Of a DNA stretch of 64,000 nucleotides, positions 18,797 to 28,878 are shown piece by piece. Origin of the DNA: Planctomycetota bacterium. GTDB lineage: Bacteria > Planctomycetota > UBA1135 > UBA2386. The stretch spans positions 6,944,001 to 7,008,000 of the forward strand of contig OZ245838.1 of assembly GCA_965228735.1 (NCBI GenBank), written 5' to 3'. The notes below the pieces were generated by a model. It worked only from the letters and a program-made list of their open reading frames with translations, made no database searches and had not been told where the DNA came from. The translations under genes were made by a program, and so were the position numbers. Within the stretch, counting starts at the first letter, position 1. Every line of letters starts with the position of its first letter.

Positions 18797-20560
18797 TCAG
18801 CGCTTCTTCGGGCGCGACGAGATGTCGTCGGCGGTCCCGAACTTGCCGTCCGGGCCAGCGCTCACAACAGTGAACTTCGAAACTGTCTTGCCCGTGAGGC
18901 GGAACGGGTTGCCCCACGCGTCGGTCGGCAGCTTGGTGAGGAAGCGCTCGGCACCGGTCGTCAGTTCGGTGAGCGACTTCGGCAAACGTCCGTGGCGGGT
19001 CGCGTGGGCGGCGACGCCCTTGGCGAGGATCGCCGCCGTATTCTGCGCCGCGATTCGACGGGTGCTGGCGGCCATGCGCCGGAACGCCGCGGCCTGCTCC
19101 TTCAGCTCCGCGTTGTCATATTCGGCCGCGATGCGCGCCTGCTCCGTGGCCGTGCGTTCGAAGTCACGCGCGCTCTCGTGAGCGAGGGCGACCCGTTCGA
19201 GTTCGAGATCAGCACCCGTCGGCGTTCGCTTGATCGTCGGCTCCTTGGGCTCGGCTGCGCTCTGCTCCGCGGCGCGTACGAGGTCAGCGATCAGCTGGTT
19301 CGTCTCGCCTGATTCGTCTGGGTTCGACGGCTCGTCCATTGCCGCGATCCGGCGTTCGAACTCGCTTTCTTTCTCTTGCCACTCCTGCATGGCCCGTTCG
19401 AAGTCCCGATCGAACTGCGCTCGCCGCCCAAGTGCCGCCGCCGCCCCCGCCGTGACATCATCCCGCGTGTCGATCTCCCCGTCGCTGCCGAGCGACCGCA
19501 CGTCCGGCTCACCGTCGATCAACCGCAGCGCGTAGGGGCGACCCCACGGATCGACGCCGTCCTTGCGGCCGGGCAGCTTGCCGTTCTCCTGGGCCTGCCG
19601 CACGGCTGCCCAGGTCGGCGTCGTGCCCGGGTTCTGCGCGCAGAACTTCACGACCGCGGCCCGCAGCTTCTGCACGTCGCGCCGTGCGCGCCAGCGCTTC
19701 TGCTTGAGCCCCTTCTCGACGGTCGGGAAGCGCTTGCGGTCGCAGTCCCACGCCGTGATCCACTCCTCGCGCACGAACTCGAACCCGAAGTCGGTGAGCA
19801 AGCGCCGCTCCATGTGCTCCATGTGGGCAGCGCCGTAGTAGATGCCGATGTTCTGCACGCCCGCGTCGAGCTGTTCCTGCAGCACCGCGAGGCACTTGTC
19901 GTTGCGGCCCTCGATGATGACGGTCGGCTTGCGGGTTGGCGGCTCAGGCGTAGCCATCAAGCGCGCGCCCATCACCCGCATCCCGTGGGCGCCGCGGCCG
20001 CTGCGGAACGCCTCGACGAGGTCGACCCTGCCGCGACGCTTCTCGGCCTCGCGGTCGACCTCGGCGGTCGGATTACTCATGACCTCGCCGATGATGCTGC
20101 TGTTGTGCCGTGTCATTGCCGCGTCGAACTCTTCGATCGTCATGTCGGCGTGAACGAAGTTGGCCTGTCGGTAATCGAGCACGTCCGCTTGTTGATGCAG
20201 CGAGAACCCGCGGCCCATGCTGGACATCAGGATCGACAGCCAGTCGTCCTCGAACTCCATGCCCGGGTGGGGGCGCAGGCCGGGATCCGTGACGAACTCG
20301 TAGAGCAGCTTGTCGTAAGTCGCGAACCGGCGCTGTAGCTCTTCGTAATGCTCGCGGTCGGCGATGTGCAGCGACGCGAGCAGCGTGACGGTCACGTCAC
20401 CGCGGCGGTAGGTCGCGATCGCCGTCTCGAGCTGGCCACCGTCCGGCTCGTCGACGAAGCGGGTGAACGGCCGGCGCTCGGGCTCGCCCGTCGCGTCCTG
20501 CGCGGACGTCGCCGTGGCCAGGGCGGCGAGGAGACAGCTCGTGATCGCGAGGAGTCGCAC
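18797..20560 (-). CDS. Secreted protein with a TraB/GumN-like N-domain and two GspG(T2SSG)-like C-terminal modules
   Basis: GTG 20560 gives a signal peptide. IIEGRNDK...IYYGAAHM. Modules DPWGRPY...SLGSDGEIDTRDDV and DAWGNPF...SAGPDGKFGTADDI. Confidence 0.7.
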   Translation of the reverse strand: MRLLAITSCLLAALATATSAQDATGEPERRPFTRFVDEPDGGQLETAIATYRRGDVTVTLLASLHIADREHYEELQRRFATYDKLLYEFVTDPGLRPHPGMEFEDDWLSILMSSMGRGFSLHQQADVLDYRQANFVHADMTIEEFDAAMTRHNSSIIGEVMSNPTAEVDREAEKRRGRVDLVEAFRSGRGAHGMRVMGARLMATPEPPTRKPTVIIEGRNDKCLAVLQEQLDAGVQNIGIYYGAAHMEHMERRLLTDFGFEFVREEWITAWDCDRKRFPTVEKGLKQKRWRARRDVQKLRAAVVKFCAQNPGTTPTWAAVRQAQENGKLPGRKDGVDPWGRPYALRLIDGEPDVRSLGSDGEIDTRDDVTAGAAAALGRRAQFDRDFERAMQEWQEKESEFERRIAAMDEPSNPDESGETNQLIADLVRAAEQSAAEPKEPTIKRTPTGADLELERVALAHESARDFERTATEQARIAAEYDNAELKEQAAAFRRMAASTRRIAAQNTAAILAKGVAAHATRHGRLPKSLTELTTGAERFLTKLPTDAWGNPFRLTGKTVSKFTVVSAGPDGKFGTADDISSRPKKR

Positions 20561-20586
20561 CCCCGGATGATAGCCGTTCGGCCCGG

Positions 20587-21414
20587 TCAGGCGCGCTTCC
20601 GCGCGATCACCTCGTACACCGGCGGGCAGTGCACGATGACGTTCGGGTCGCCGCGGCCGTCCGCGAACTCGCGGAGCAGCGTGTCGCACGTGCTCTGCTC
20701 CAGCCGCTGCATCGCGACGAGCTTGGGGCCGAACGTGTGCCACCAGGTGTCGACCCACCCGTACATGCTGTCGGTGCCGCGCGCGACGCGCAGCTGGCAC
20801 TCGATGTGCTCGAGCTCGAAGCCGTGGCGTTGGAGCATGGCCGGCAGGCGGCCGACGACGTCGGGGTCACCGCCGCGTTCGTGCCACGAGTCGACGGTCG
20901 CCGCGATCGCCTGGCTCTGCGCGTCCGAGTGCGGGCTCATCGCGAGCGTCGCGTAGTTGAAGTAGTCGTGCACGACGAAGCGGCCACCCGGCGCGAGCGC
21001 CGCCGCGACGCCGGCGACGACGGCCTCCGGGTCGCGCACGAAGCACAGGACCCAGCGCGCATAGGCGAGGTCGAACGGCGGCTCGTCGCCGAGCAACGGG
21101 CCGAGCTGCTGCACGTCGCCGAGCCGGGCCGTGATCCAGGGCAGGTCCTGCGTCTGGCGCTGCTCGCGCAGGTGCGCGAGGAACGGCTCCGACTCGTCGA
21201 TCGCGACGACGGCGCCGCGGCTCGTGACGAGGCGCGCGAGGTCGAACGCGGCGTAGCCCGGACCGCAGCCGACGTCAAGCACACGGTGTCCGATGCGGAT
21301 GCCGGCGCGACGGCAGGCCGCGAGCATCGCGTCACCCCAGAGCCGCGACTGCAGGCCGAGGCGCTCGAGCTCGTCGTCGCCGGTTCCGAGGACGTAAGGC
21401 CGGGCGTCGGTCAT
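20587..21414 (-). CDS. Class I SAM-dependent methyltransferase
   Basis: VLDVGCGPG, VVAIDES, FDLAYARWVL, LAPGG. Confidence 0.9.
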   Translation of the reverse strand: MTDARPYVLGTGDDELERLGLQSRLWGDAMLAACRRAGIRIGHRVLDVGCGPGYAAFDLARLVTSRGAVVAIDESEPFLAHLREQRQTQDLPWITARLGDVQQLGPLLGDEPPFDLAYARWVLCFVRDPEAVVAGVAAALAPGGRFVVHDYFNYATLAMSPHSDAQSQAIAATVDSWHERGGDPDVVGRLPAMLQRHGFELEHIECQLRVARGTDSMYGWVDTWWHTFGPKLVAMQRLEQSTCDTLLREFADGRGDPNVIVHCPPVYEVIARKRA

Positions 21415-21439
21415 GCCCTTTCGTATACATTCCGGCCCC

Positions 21440-22492
21440 ATGAGCGACCTCTCTCGACGCAAGTTTCTCGGGGCCTCCGCGGCGGCCGCGAGCCTGCCCG
21501 CCTGTGCTGACATGACGGCGCGGCTCTCGATCCATCGCCGGCAGTCGCCGGTCGCGGTCGCGAGCGCCAACGGCCTCGAGGCGGTGCGGATCGCCGTCGA
21601 ACGCATGCAGGCCGGCATGCGGCCGGTCGATGCCGCAGTGGCCGGGGTCGAGGTCGTCGAGAACGACCCGAAGGACGACAGCGTCGGGCTCGGCGGCCTG
21701 CCGAACGAGGACGGCGTCGTCACGCTCGACGCGTGCGTCATGGACGGGCCGTCGGGGCTCGGCGGCGCCGTCGCGCACCTGCGCAACATCAAGAACCCGG
21801 CGCAGGTCGCGCTCAAGGTCATGCGACGCACGGATCACGTGTTGCTCGTCGACGAGGGCGCGCTCGAGTTCGCGCGGGCGCACGGCTTCGTCGAGGAGAA
21901 CCTGCTGACCGAGGAGTCGCGCAAGAAGTGGTTGCGCTGGAAGGAGCGGCGGTCGTCGATCGACGACTGGATCTCGCCCGAGGAGAACGGCGAGCACGGC
22001 ACCGAGTGGTTCGACGAGTTCAAGGACAAGACCGGCACGATCCACCTCGGCGCGGTGAACGGCAGCGGCGACGTCGGCAGCGTGACGACGACGTCGGGGC
22101 TCGCGTTCAAGCTGCGGGGCCGGGTCGGCGACTCGCCGCTGCTCGGGTGCGGCAACTACTGCGACAACGACGTCGGCACGGGCGGTTCGACGGGGCGCGG
22201 CGAGGCCTGCATCCTGAGCAACGGCGGCTCGTTCATCGTGCACCAGATGGCGCTCGGCAAGTCGCCGACCGACGCGTGCCTCGAGACCGTGAAGCGCGTC
22301 GCGCGCATGACCAAGGTCAAGCGGCTGCTCGACGACCGCGGGCGCCCGAACTTCCAGGTCAAGTTCTACGCGACCGACAAGCAGGGGCGGTACGGCGGCG
22401 CGGCGATGTATCCCGGCAAGTTCGCGGTGTGCGACGACAACGGGCCGCGGCACGAGGATCTCGCGCCGTTGTTCGAATCGCGGCGGCGCTGA
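21440..22492 (+). CDS. Tat-exported N(4)-(beta-N-acetylglucosaminyl)-L-asparaginase / isoaspartyl peptidase family protein
   Basis: SRRKFLG Tat motif and LPAC lipobox-like sequence. SVGLGGLPN, LDACVMDG, GTI nucleophile Thr, TTTSGLAFK..GRVGDSP, STGRGE. Confidence 0.9.
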   Translation: MSDLSRRKFLGASAAAASLPACADMTARLSIHRRQSPVAVASANGLEAVRIAVERMQAGMRPVDAAVAGVEVVENDPKDDSVGLGGLPNEDGVVTLDACVMDGPSGLGGAVAHLRNIKNPAQVALKVMRRTDHVLLVDEGALEFARAHGFVEENLLTEESRKKWLRWKERRSSIDDWISPEENGEHGTEWFDEFKDKTGTIHLGAVNGSGDVGSVTTTSGLAFKLRGRVGDSPLLGCGNYCDNDVGTGGSTGRGEACILSNGGSFIVHQMALGKSPTDACLETVKRVARMTKVKRLLDDRGRPNFQVKFYATDKQGRYGGAAMYPGKFAVCDDNGPRHEDLAPLFESRRR

Positions 22493-22514
22493 TTGCCCGA
22501 TTCCGGAGCCGGCG

Positions 22515-23435
22515 TCAGAGCGTGGTCGGCGACGCCGCCCCTGGCAACGCGAGCTCGGGTGCCGACAGTTTGCCGTCGCGGTTCTTGTCGAGCTTCGCGA
22601 GGATCTGCGCTGCCCAGCGCAAGAGCGCCGGATCGAGTTTGCGCAGCGCGCCTTCGAGTTCGGCGCGACTGATCATGCCGTTGCCGTCGCCGTCGACCTC
22701 GCCCCACGGGGCAGGCAGTCCCGACGGTGGCGGCGCCTGCTCGAGGCCGGGCAGCGCAACGGCACTCCGCAGCTGTTCGAAGATCGGCGCGAGTTCGGCT
22801 GCTTCGACCTGGCCCGACTGGTTGACGTCGAGCATGCGCAGCTGCGCTTCGAACGCCGGCAGCAGCTTGATGTCACGCGCGATCTTGCTGATCTCCTCGG
22901 GGTCGAGGCCGCCGTTCTCGTTGCGATCGTTGAGCTGGATGAACAGTTCGAGCGGCGTCGCCTTGCGCGCGGCCTGCAGCTCCTTGGCCTGTCGGACGAA
23001 GCGCCGACACGTGCGCACGTGGAACTCGCCGTTCTTCTCGATCAACTCGCGGTAGTGGGCGTCGAACTCCGGCCACTGCAGATAGCCGTCACGGCTCGTG
23101 TCGAATCGCAGGAACGCGGCCGAGTCCTTCGGGCTCGCGAGGGTCTCGAGGGCGTCGCACGCCTCGAACAGGTCGAGGCGATCGTCGCTGTCGGCGTCAC
23201 AGGCCGAGAACAGCTCGCGGCTCGTCGACTCGGTGTAGGCGTCGAGCGACGTGCGGCCGCCGTTCTCCGGGACCGTCGGCGCCGCGGGCTCGCCTTTGCC
23301 GACCGGCGTCGCGGGCGACGGCGGGTTGGGCGACGTCGGGTTTGGCGAAACCGGGCTCTGTGCCAGTCCGACCGCGGCGCTCGCGATGCCGGCGAGCAGC
23401 AGGTGCAGGATCCGGTTGTCGGTCGTCGGTCGCAT
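22515..23435 (-). CDS. Secreted EF-hand repeat protein
   Basis: Signal peptide and six loops: DADSDDRL, DTSRDGYL, DRNENGGL, DVNQSGQV, DGDGNGMI, DKNRDGKL. Confidence 0.85.
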   Translation of the reverse strand: MRPTTDNRILHLLLAGIASAAVGLAQSPVSPNPTSPNPPSPATPVGKGEPAAPTVPENGGRTSLDAYTESTSRELFSACDADSDDRLDLFEACDALETLASPKDSAAFLRFDTSRDGYLQWPEFDAHYRELIEKNGEFHVRTCRRFVRQAKELQAARKATPLELFIQLNDRNENGGLDPEEISKIARDIKLLPAFEAQLRMLDVNQSGQVEAAELAPIFEQLRSAVALPGLEQAPPPSGLPAPWGEVDGDGNGMISRAELEGALRKLDPALLRWAAQILAKLDKNRDGKLSAPELALPGAASPTTL

Positions 23436-23560
23436 TCTGCAAAGTTGGAGCGGTCGGCTTCGGGTCCATCGGTCGCCCGGGCCCCGGACTATAGCACCCG
23501 ATCGCGGCGGCTGCCGGAATCGGCCCGGCGGCGTCAAGGGGTTGGCCGGTGCCGCCGGCA

Positions 23561-24556
23561 CTAGCGCTTTTCGTTCGGCGTCGGCCGCAGCAGCCGTTCG
23601 GCGTAGAGCGGGATGCGCCGCACGAGATCGACCGCCGCATCGGGATCGGTCACAGCCAGGGCTTCGAAGCGGCGCTCGAACGCGCGGTGGTCGCGGCGCC
23701 AGATCCCGGTCCATTCCCGCTCCTGGAGCAGGTGTCCGAGGTTGTAGCGGATCCGCGCGACGTCGGTCTGGGGCTCGGGGGCGGGCGGCGGAGGCGTCCA
23801 GTTCGGGAAGTAGAGCGACCGCAGCTCGTTGGCCCGGTCGCGCTGGTCGGCGGCCTCGGCGCGCAGTACGCGACCCGCGAACACGCGGCGCGTGAACGGC
23901 GGTCGGTAGGTCCGGGTCGAGCGCTGGCGGATGCGGTCGAGGCGGCTCGGCATCGCCTGGTCTTCGTACCACCGTTCGGCTGCGGCCACGAGCGGGCGCA
24001 GCGGCGGCGGCGCGGCCTCGGGTTTGCCGAGGACCTCGAACACCGTGTCGGTGTCCTGGCCGCGCAGGGCGTCGAACTGGCTGATCTCGAGCGTCGAGTC
24101 CGCTTCTCGGAACAGCGGGCGCAGGTCCGGCGGCGCGTCGGTGAAGTCGATGCGGTCGCCGCTCGTGAGCTCGATGCGCTGCAGCTCCATGAGTCGAGCG
24201 GCTGCGATCCAACGCTGCAGGTTGCGCGGGCGTTGGGCCGTCAGCACGTCGCGGTACAGCGATTCGGCCGCGCCGACGTCGAGGTCGAGCACTTCGCGCA
24301 GCCAGCCGCGGTGCAGTTCCGACGGCACGGCGGCATCGTCCTGGGTCGCGCTCCTGCGGGTCGGCATCGACGTGACGATCGGTTGGGCCGGTTCGTCATC
24401 GGTCGCGCCGGGGCGTTCCGAGGTCGCGGTCGCCGCCTTTTCCGAGGCGCCGTCCGTCGGTCCCTGCGGCGTGAACGCGAGCAGCGCGGCGGCGATCGCC
24501 GCCATCGTGAGCCCGGCTGCGAAGCGTTCGATGCCAGTCGTCGCGGTGCCGTTCAC
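23561..24556 (-). CDS. Membrane-anchored hypothetical protein
   Basis: Starts 5 bp after the response regulator stop. N-terminal hydrophobic helix and a helical body. Confidence 0.65.
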   Translation of the reverse strand: MNGTATTGIERFAAGLTMAAIAAALLAFTPQGPTDGASEKAATATSERPGATDDEPAQPIVTSMPTRRSATQDDAAVPSELHRGWLREVLDLDVGAAESLYRDVLTAQRPRNLQRWIAAARLMELQRIELTSGDRIDFTDAPPDLRPLFREADSTLEISQFDALRGQDTDTVFEVLGKPEAAPPPLRPLVAAAERWYEDQAMPSRLDRIRQRSTRTYRPPFTRRVFAGRVLRAEAADQRDRANELRSLYFPNWTPPPPAPEPQTDVARIRYNLGHLLQEREWTGIWRRDHRAFERRFEALAVTDPDAAVDLVRRIPLYAERLLRPTPNEKR

Positions 24557-24561
24557 CTTGC

Positions 24562-25296
24562 CTACTCCTCGCCCTCCAGTTGGGACTCGAAGCGGTAGCC
24601 GAGGCCGTGCACGGTCACGACGTGCACCGGGTTCTCGACGTCGCGCTCGACCTTCTTGCGCAGGCGCGCGATGTGGTTGTCCACCGTGCGCGTCGCCGGC
24701 AGGTGGACGTAGCCCCAGACGCGGCGCAGCAGGTCCTGGCGGCTCACGACCTCGCCGCGGCGGTCGATCAGCATGCGCAGGATCTCGGCCTCGTAGCGCG
24801 AGAGCTGCGCTTCCTCGCCGTCGCGCACCACGGTGTAGCGCTTCCAGTCGACGGTCAGGTCCGGGAACTTCATCACCGTCGCCGTCGGCTTGTTGGTCAC
24901 GCCCGCGCGCGCGCCCGCCTGCGTGCGGCGCAGCACGGCCCGGATGCGCGCCGTGAGCTCGCTGAGGCCGAACGGCTTCGTCAGATAGTCGTCGGCGCCG
25001 AGCTCGAGGCCGGCGACCTTGTCGCGGTCCTGCCCCTTCGCCGAGATGATGATGACGGGCGTCTCGTGGCCGGTGTCACGCAGCGTGCGCAGCACCTCGA
25101 GGCCGGGCATCACGGGCAGCATGAGGTCGAGCAGGATGAGCGAAGCCCGACCCTCGCGCGCCTTGCGCAGCCCCTCGTTGCCGTCGGCCGCGGTGTCCAC
25201 CGTGTAGCCCTCGAGCTCGAGGTTGTGCTGCAGGCCCTCCCGCAGGTCGGGCTCGTCCTCGATCACGAGGACCGTCGTGTCACTGAGATTGCTCAT
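24562..25296 (-). CDS. OmpR-family response regulator
   Basis: VLVIEDE, LLDLMLP, ISAK, GADDYLTKPF, TRTVDNHIARLRKK, TVHGLGYRF. Confidence 0.95.
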   Translation of the reverse strand: MSNLSDTTVLVIEDEPDLREGLQHNLELEGYTVDTAADGNEGLRKAREGRASLILLDLMLPVMPGLEVLRTLRDTGHETPVIIISAKGQDRDKVAGLELGADDYLTKPFGLSELTARIRAVLRRTQAGARAGVTNKPTATVMKFPDLTVDWKRYTVVRDGEEAQLSRYEAEILRMLIDRRGEVVSRQDLLRRVWGYVHLPATRTVDNHIARLRKKVERDVENPVHVVTVHGLGYRFESQLEGEE

Positions 25297-27482
25297 GAGT
25301 CGTCGTTTCGATTCTTGGCTGCGCTGCCGGCCCTGCGGGCGAGCGGGAGCACGATACGAAAGATCGCGCCGCCGCCCTCGCGTTCTTCGGCCTCCGCGTC
25401 GCCGTCGTGGCTCTGCGCGAAATGCCGAACGAGGCTGAGGCCGATGCCAGCGCCGCGAACTTCGCCCGAATTGCTAGCGCGAAAGAACGCGTCGAACACC
25501 TGGTCACATTCTTGTTGCGGGATCCCGCGGCCGTGGTCCCGCACCTCGATGGTCGCTCGTGAGCGCGCTTCGTCGACGCGCAGGTCGAGTTCGATCTCGT
25601 TGTCGTCGTCGCCCTCGAGCGAGTACTTCGCCGCGTTCTCGAGCAGGTTGAGCACCGCGCTCTCGCACGCGTTCTGATCGCACCGCACCCAGGCACTGCC
25701 GTGCACCGTGTCGGACAGCATCACGCCGCGCGATTCGAGGTGTGGGGCGTAGGCGTCGGCGATCTCGCGCAGCAGCTCGCCGAGATCGAACTCGGTGGGG
25801 CTGTAGGTCAGCGTGCCGGCCTGCTGCCGCGAGAAGTCGAGGATCCGCTGGATCATCGTCGTGAGCCGCTCGGACTCGCGCGTGATGATTCCGCCGAAGT
25901 GCTGCGACTGCTCGTCGTCGCGCACGCGGCCGAGCATCAGGGTCTCGCCGTACATCCGGATCAGCGCGATCGGGGTCTTGAGCTCGTGCGACACGCGCGA
26001 GACGAGGTCGACCTTGAGCGCGGCGAGCTCCGACTCGCGGTTGACGGAGCGCCACAGCCACAGCGCGCCGGCCATCGCCGCGACGAACAGCACGAGGAAC
26101 AAGAGCAGGCGATTGCGCGTCCGCGCGTTGCTCTCGGCGAGCAGGCGTCGCGAGTCGGCGGGGTAGACGCTGAGCTTGATGCCGCGGTGCACCACCGACG
26201 GGGGCACCCAGTCGGGCGGCACGTCGACGGGCGGCGGCACGATCGTGCCGGCCGCGCTGTCCTCGGGATCGCCGATCGCGATCACGAACTCATTGTCCTC
26301 ATCGCCGCTGTCGAGGAACTCGCCGAGGGCGGGCGCCATCAGGGCGCCGAGGTCGACGTGCAGGCCGATGCGCGCGGCCCCATCGTAGCGTTCCTTCTCC
26401 ACCGGCTCGGCGTCGCGCACCCAGAGCATCGTCGTGGCCTGCCCGAGCGTCGCGACGATCTGGACGTCGCCGCCGGCCTCCGGGCCCGCCCCTTCGTCGT
26501 CGGGTGGGGGTGTTCTCCCGTCGGGCGGCTCGGACTGCCGCAGCCGCAGGCGCAGGTCACCCTTGAGGATCGCGTCGTAGTCCGCGGCGAACGCGCGGGT
26601 CTGGGCGCGCTGTCGTTCCTTCGCGAGCGCGATCTGGGCCTCGGTGAAGTAGCGCGAACCGCGATCGATGCCCTCGACGATGCGTTCGACGACCGCGGTC
26701 TGGAAACCGTCCTCGATCGCGGTGTAGCGCCGATCGCTCGCCATCCTGGCCAGCAGGTCCATCCGGTCGGCATCGTCGCCGTACTCGGCGAGCGCGATCT
26801 CGCACATGAGCCCGACGGGTTCCCAGCCCCGGATGCGGCGGCTGCTCTTCGGGAACGTGATATCCCGGACGGTCTCGAAGCCGGCGATCGCCTCGGTCTC
26901 GCGACCGAGTCGGCGGTGCGCTGTCGCCAGCTTGAAGCGGGCGCGCAGGTACGATCGCGTCCGCGTCTCCTTGGCCTTCTCCAGCTTTGCTGTCAGCGCC
27001 TCGAGCAACTCGGCGCCCTTCTCGAAGTGCCCCTGCGCGAGCCACAGCTCGGCGAGGTTGAGACTGTTGTACGGCAGCACGTCCGGGCCGCGGCCCTTCG
27101 GTTCGTCCGCGAACGGCAGCGCCATCGACGACGGGGATGCAGGCGGGTAGAGCACGACGCTCTGCTCGTCGAGCACGACGATGTCGAGCAGCGCCGAGTA
27201 CCGCCCCTGCAGCTGCTGCGTCGCCTCGATCGCACCGATGTGCCCGACGAGATCGCGTGACTCCGCGACCAGCTCCTGCATGAGGAAGTCGATCTGCCCC
27301 TCGAGCGCGGATTCGGCGTTCTCCAGGTAGAGCTGCGCCTCCGCCAGGAGTCCGGCCTCGATCTGATCGCCCTGCCGCCGCAGCTCGCTCCACCCGAGGA
27401 TCGCCAGCACGGCGAGCGGGATCAGGAACGAGCACAGGGCCAGCAGATGCCGGCGGCTGAAGCGGGAGCGGGAGGGGGTCAT
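25293..27482 (-). CDS. Sensor histidine kinase
   Basis: Two TMs flank a large extracytoplasmic domain. VSHELKTP, NLLENAAKYS, DHGRGI, F.AFFR, GAGIGL. Confidence 0.93.
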   Translation of the reverse strand: MTPSRSRFSRRHLLALCSFLIPLAVLAILGWSELRRQGDQIEAGLLAEAQLYLENAESALEGQIDFLMQELVAESRDLVGHIGAIEATQQLQGRYSALLDIVVLDEQSVVLYPPASPSSMALPFADEPKGRGPDVLPYNSLNLAELWLAQGHFEKGAELLEALTAKLEKAKETRTRSYLRARFKLATAHRRLGRETEAIAGFETVRDITFPKSSRRIRGWEPVGLMCEIALAEYGDDADRMDLLARMASDRRYTAIEDGFQTAVVERIVEGIDRGSRYFTEAQIALAKERQRAQTRAFAADYDAILKGDLRLRLRQSEPPDGRTPPPDDEGAGPEAGGDVQIVATLGQATTMLWVRDAEPVEKERYDGAARIGLHVDLGALMAPALGEFLDSGDEDNEFVIAIGDPEDSAAGTIVPPPVDVPPDWVPPSVVHRGIKLSVYPADSRRLLAESNARTRNRLLLFLVLFVAAMAGALWLWRSVNRESELAALKVDLVSRVSHELKTPIALIRMYGETLMLGRVRDDEQSQHFGGIITRESERLTTMIQRILDFSRQQAGTLTYSPTEFDLGELLREIADAYAPHLESRGVMLSDTVHGSAWVRCDQNACESAVLNLLENAAKYSLEGDDDNEIELDLRVDEARSRATIEVRDHGRGIPQQECDQVFDAFFRASNSGEVRGAGIGLSLVRHFAQSHDGDAEAEEREGGGAIFRIVLPLARRAGSAAKNRNDDS

Positions 27483-27545
27483 GCGGAGCACGTGCCGTGG
27501 CGGGGAACGGGCGCGATCCGCCAGAGCCCACCGAGCCCCCAAAGC

Positions 27546-28442
27546 CTACTGGGCGCGCGGGTTCGGCGCGAGGCGTGGCGCGGGCCCGGCAGCCTCGACC
27601 AGGGTGCCGCCGAACGCGACGAGCCGGTCGCGGACCGCCGCGATCGTCGCCGCGGGCGTCGAGGTCCCGGCCGTGAGACCGACGGTGCTGCAGTTGGCGA
27701 ACCACTCCGGTTGCAGTGCCGGGGCCGAATCGACGTGGTAGGCGACCACGCCGCGGCGGCGCGCCGTCTCGGCGAGGGCCCGCGTGTTGTTCGAACCGAG
27801 GCCGCCGACCGCCACGAGCACGTCGACGCGGGCGATCAACTCGTCCAGTGCTTCGATCCGTGCCTTCGTGGGGGCGCAGATCGTGTCGACGAAGCGCACG
27901 TCGCTCGTCGGATTGGCCGCGCGGATCGCGGCGCGAATCGCGGCGGCCTTGGCAACCGGGGTCGTCGTCTGGCAAAGCACGCCGAGGCGCGGTTCGCCCC
28001 AGCTCTCGACGTCCGCCGCCGTCGCGACGACGATCGGGTCGGCCAGGTCCTCGGTCAGGCCGCGGACCTCGACGTGACCGGGTTTGCCGATCACGATGAC
28101 CCGGCGCCCCTCGGCCTGCAGCATGAGCGCGTTCGCGTGCGCCTTCGTCACGAGCGGGCACGTGGTGTCGAGCACCAGCTTGCCCGCGTTCTCGAGCCGC
28201 GACCGTTCGCGGTTGCTCACGCCGTGGGCCGTGACGAGCACGCGCGGCGTCGCCGGCACGGGCCGTTCGTCCTCGGGCGAACGGGCGAACCCGCGCCGGT
28301 CGAGATCGCGCAGCACGTCCTCGTTGTGCACCAACTCGCCGTGGATCGTGACCGTTTCGGGATCCTGGACGTCGTGGATCAGCGCCAGCGCGTCGCGCAC
28401 GCCGAAACACATGCCCATGGCCGCGGCTTCGAGGATCTGCAT
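27546..28442 (-). CDS. ispH: 4-hydroxy-3-methylbut-2-enyl diphosphate reductase
   Basis: GMCFGV, LVHN, TAHGV, DTTCPLV, GHVEV, QTT, DTIC..T..R, SNNT..L, GLTAGTSTP. Confidence 0.95.
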   Translation of the reverse strand: MQILEAAAMGMCFGVRDALALIHDVQDPETVTIHGELVHNEDVLRDLDRRGFARSPEDERPVPATPRVLVTAHGVSNRERSRLENAGKLVLDTTCPLVTKAHANALMLQAEGRRVIVIGKPGHVEVRGLTEDLADPIVVATAADVESWGEPRLGVLCQTTTPVAKAAAIRAAIRAANPTSDVRFVDTICAPTKARIEALDELIARVDVLVAVGGLGSNNTRALAETARRRGVVAYHVDSAPALQPEWFANCSTVGLTAGTSTPAATIAAVRDRLVAFGGTLVEAAGPAPRLAPNPRAQ

Positions 28443-28530
28443 TGGAGGGGCGGGGAGTGGGGGTGTTCCATCCGGCTTTGCGTCGCAAAGCACTTGTGAA
28501 GACCGAACGCTACCGCGATCACCCCGACCC

Positions 28531-28694
28531 CTCAACCCCCTCCGGAGCTGATGTCGTGCGTGTGGACGGGTCGGCGGCTATGCGTTGCACCACAAATACT
28601 TCTGCAGCTGGCGGGGTCGCAAGGACGACCACCCGGGCGGGAATGGGCCCCGCGCAACGGCGTACCGGCGGCCATCCACACGCAGGACATCAGT
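28531..28694. repeat. Intergenic inverted-repeat element family B, copy 2 (inverted)
   Basis: Imperfect arms of about 40 bp at 28548-28588 and 28654-28694. Ends match 14116-14288. Confidence 0.75.
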
Positions 28695-28878
28695 AGGGTG
28701 GGATGCCTTGGCAATCGTCCCGTGGGAAAAGCACAATCCAGGTCGAACCCGGGCGCAGTGCACGACTAGATACCCCCGGCCACCGGTGCGCGTCCCCTCG
28801 GCGTCCGGCTGCCGAACCCATTACCATCGTGCGACGGGCTCCTCCGTGAACCTCGTTGCCCGCAACCCTCTTACTGGC

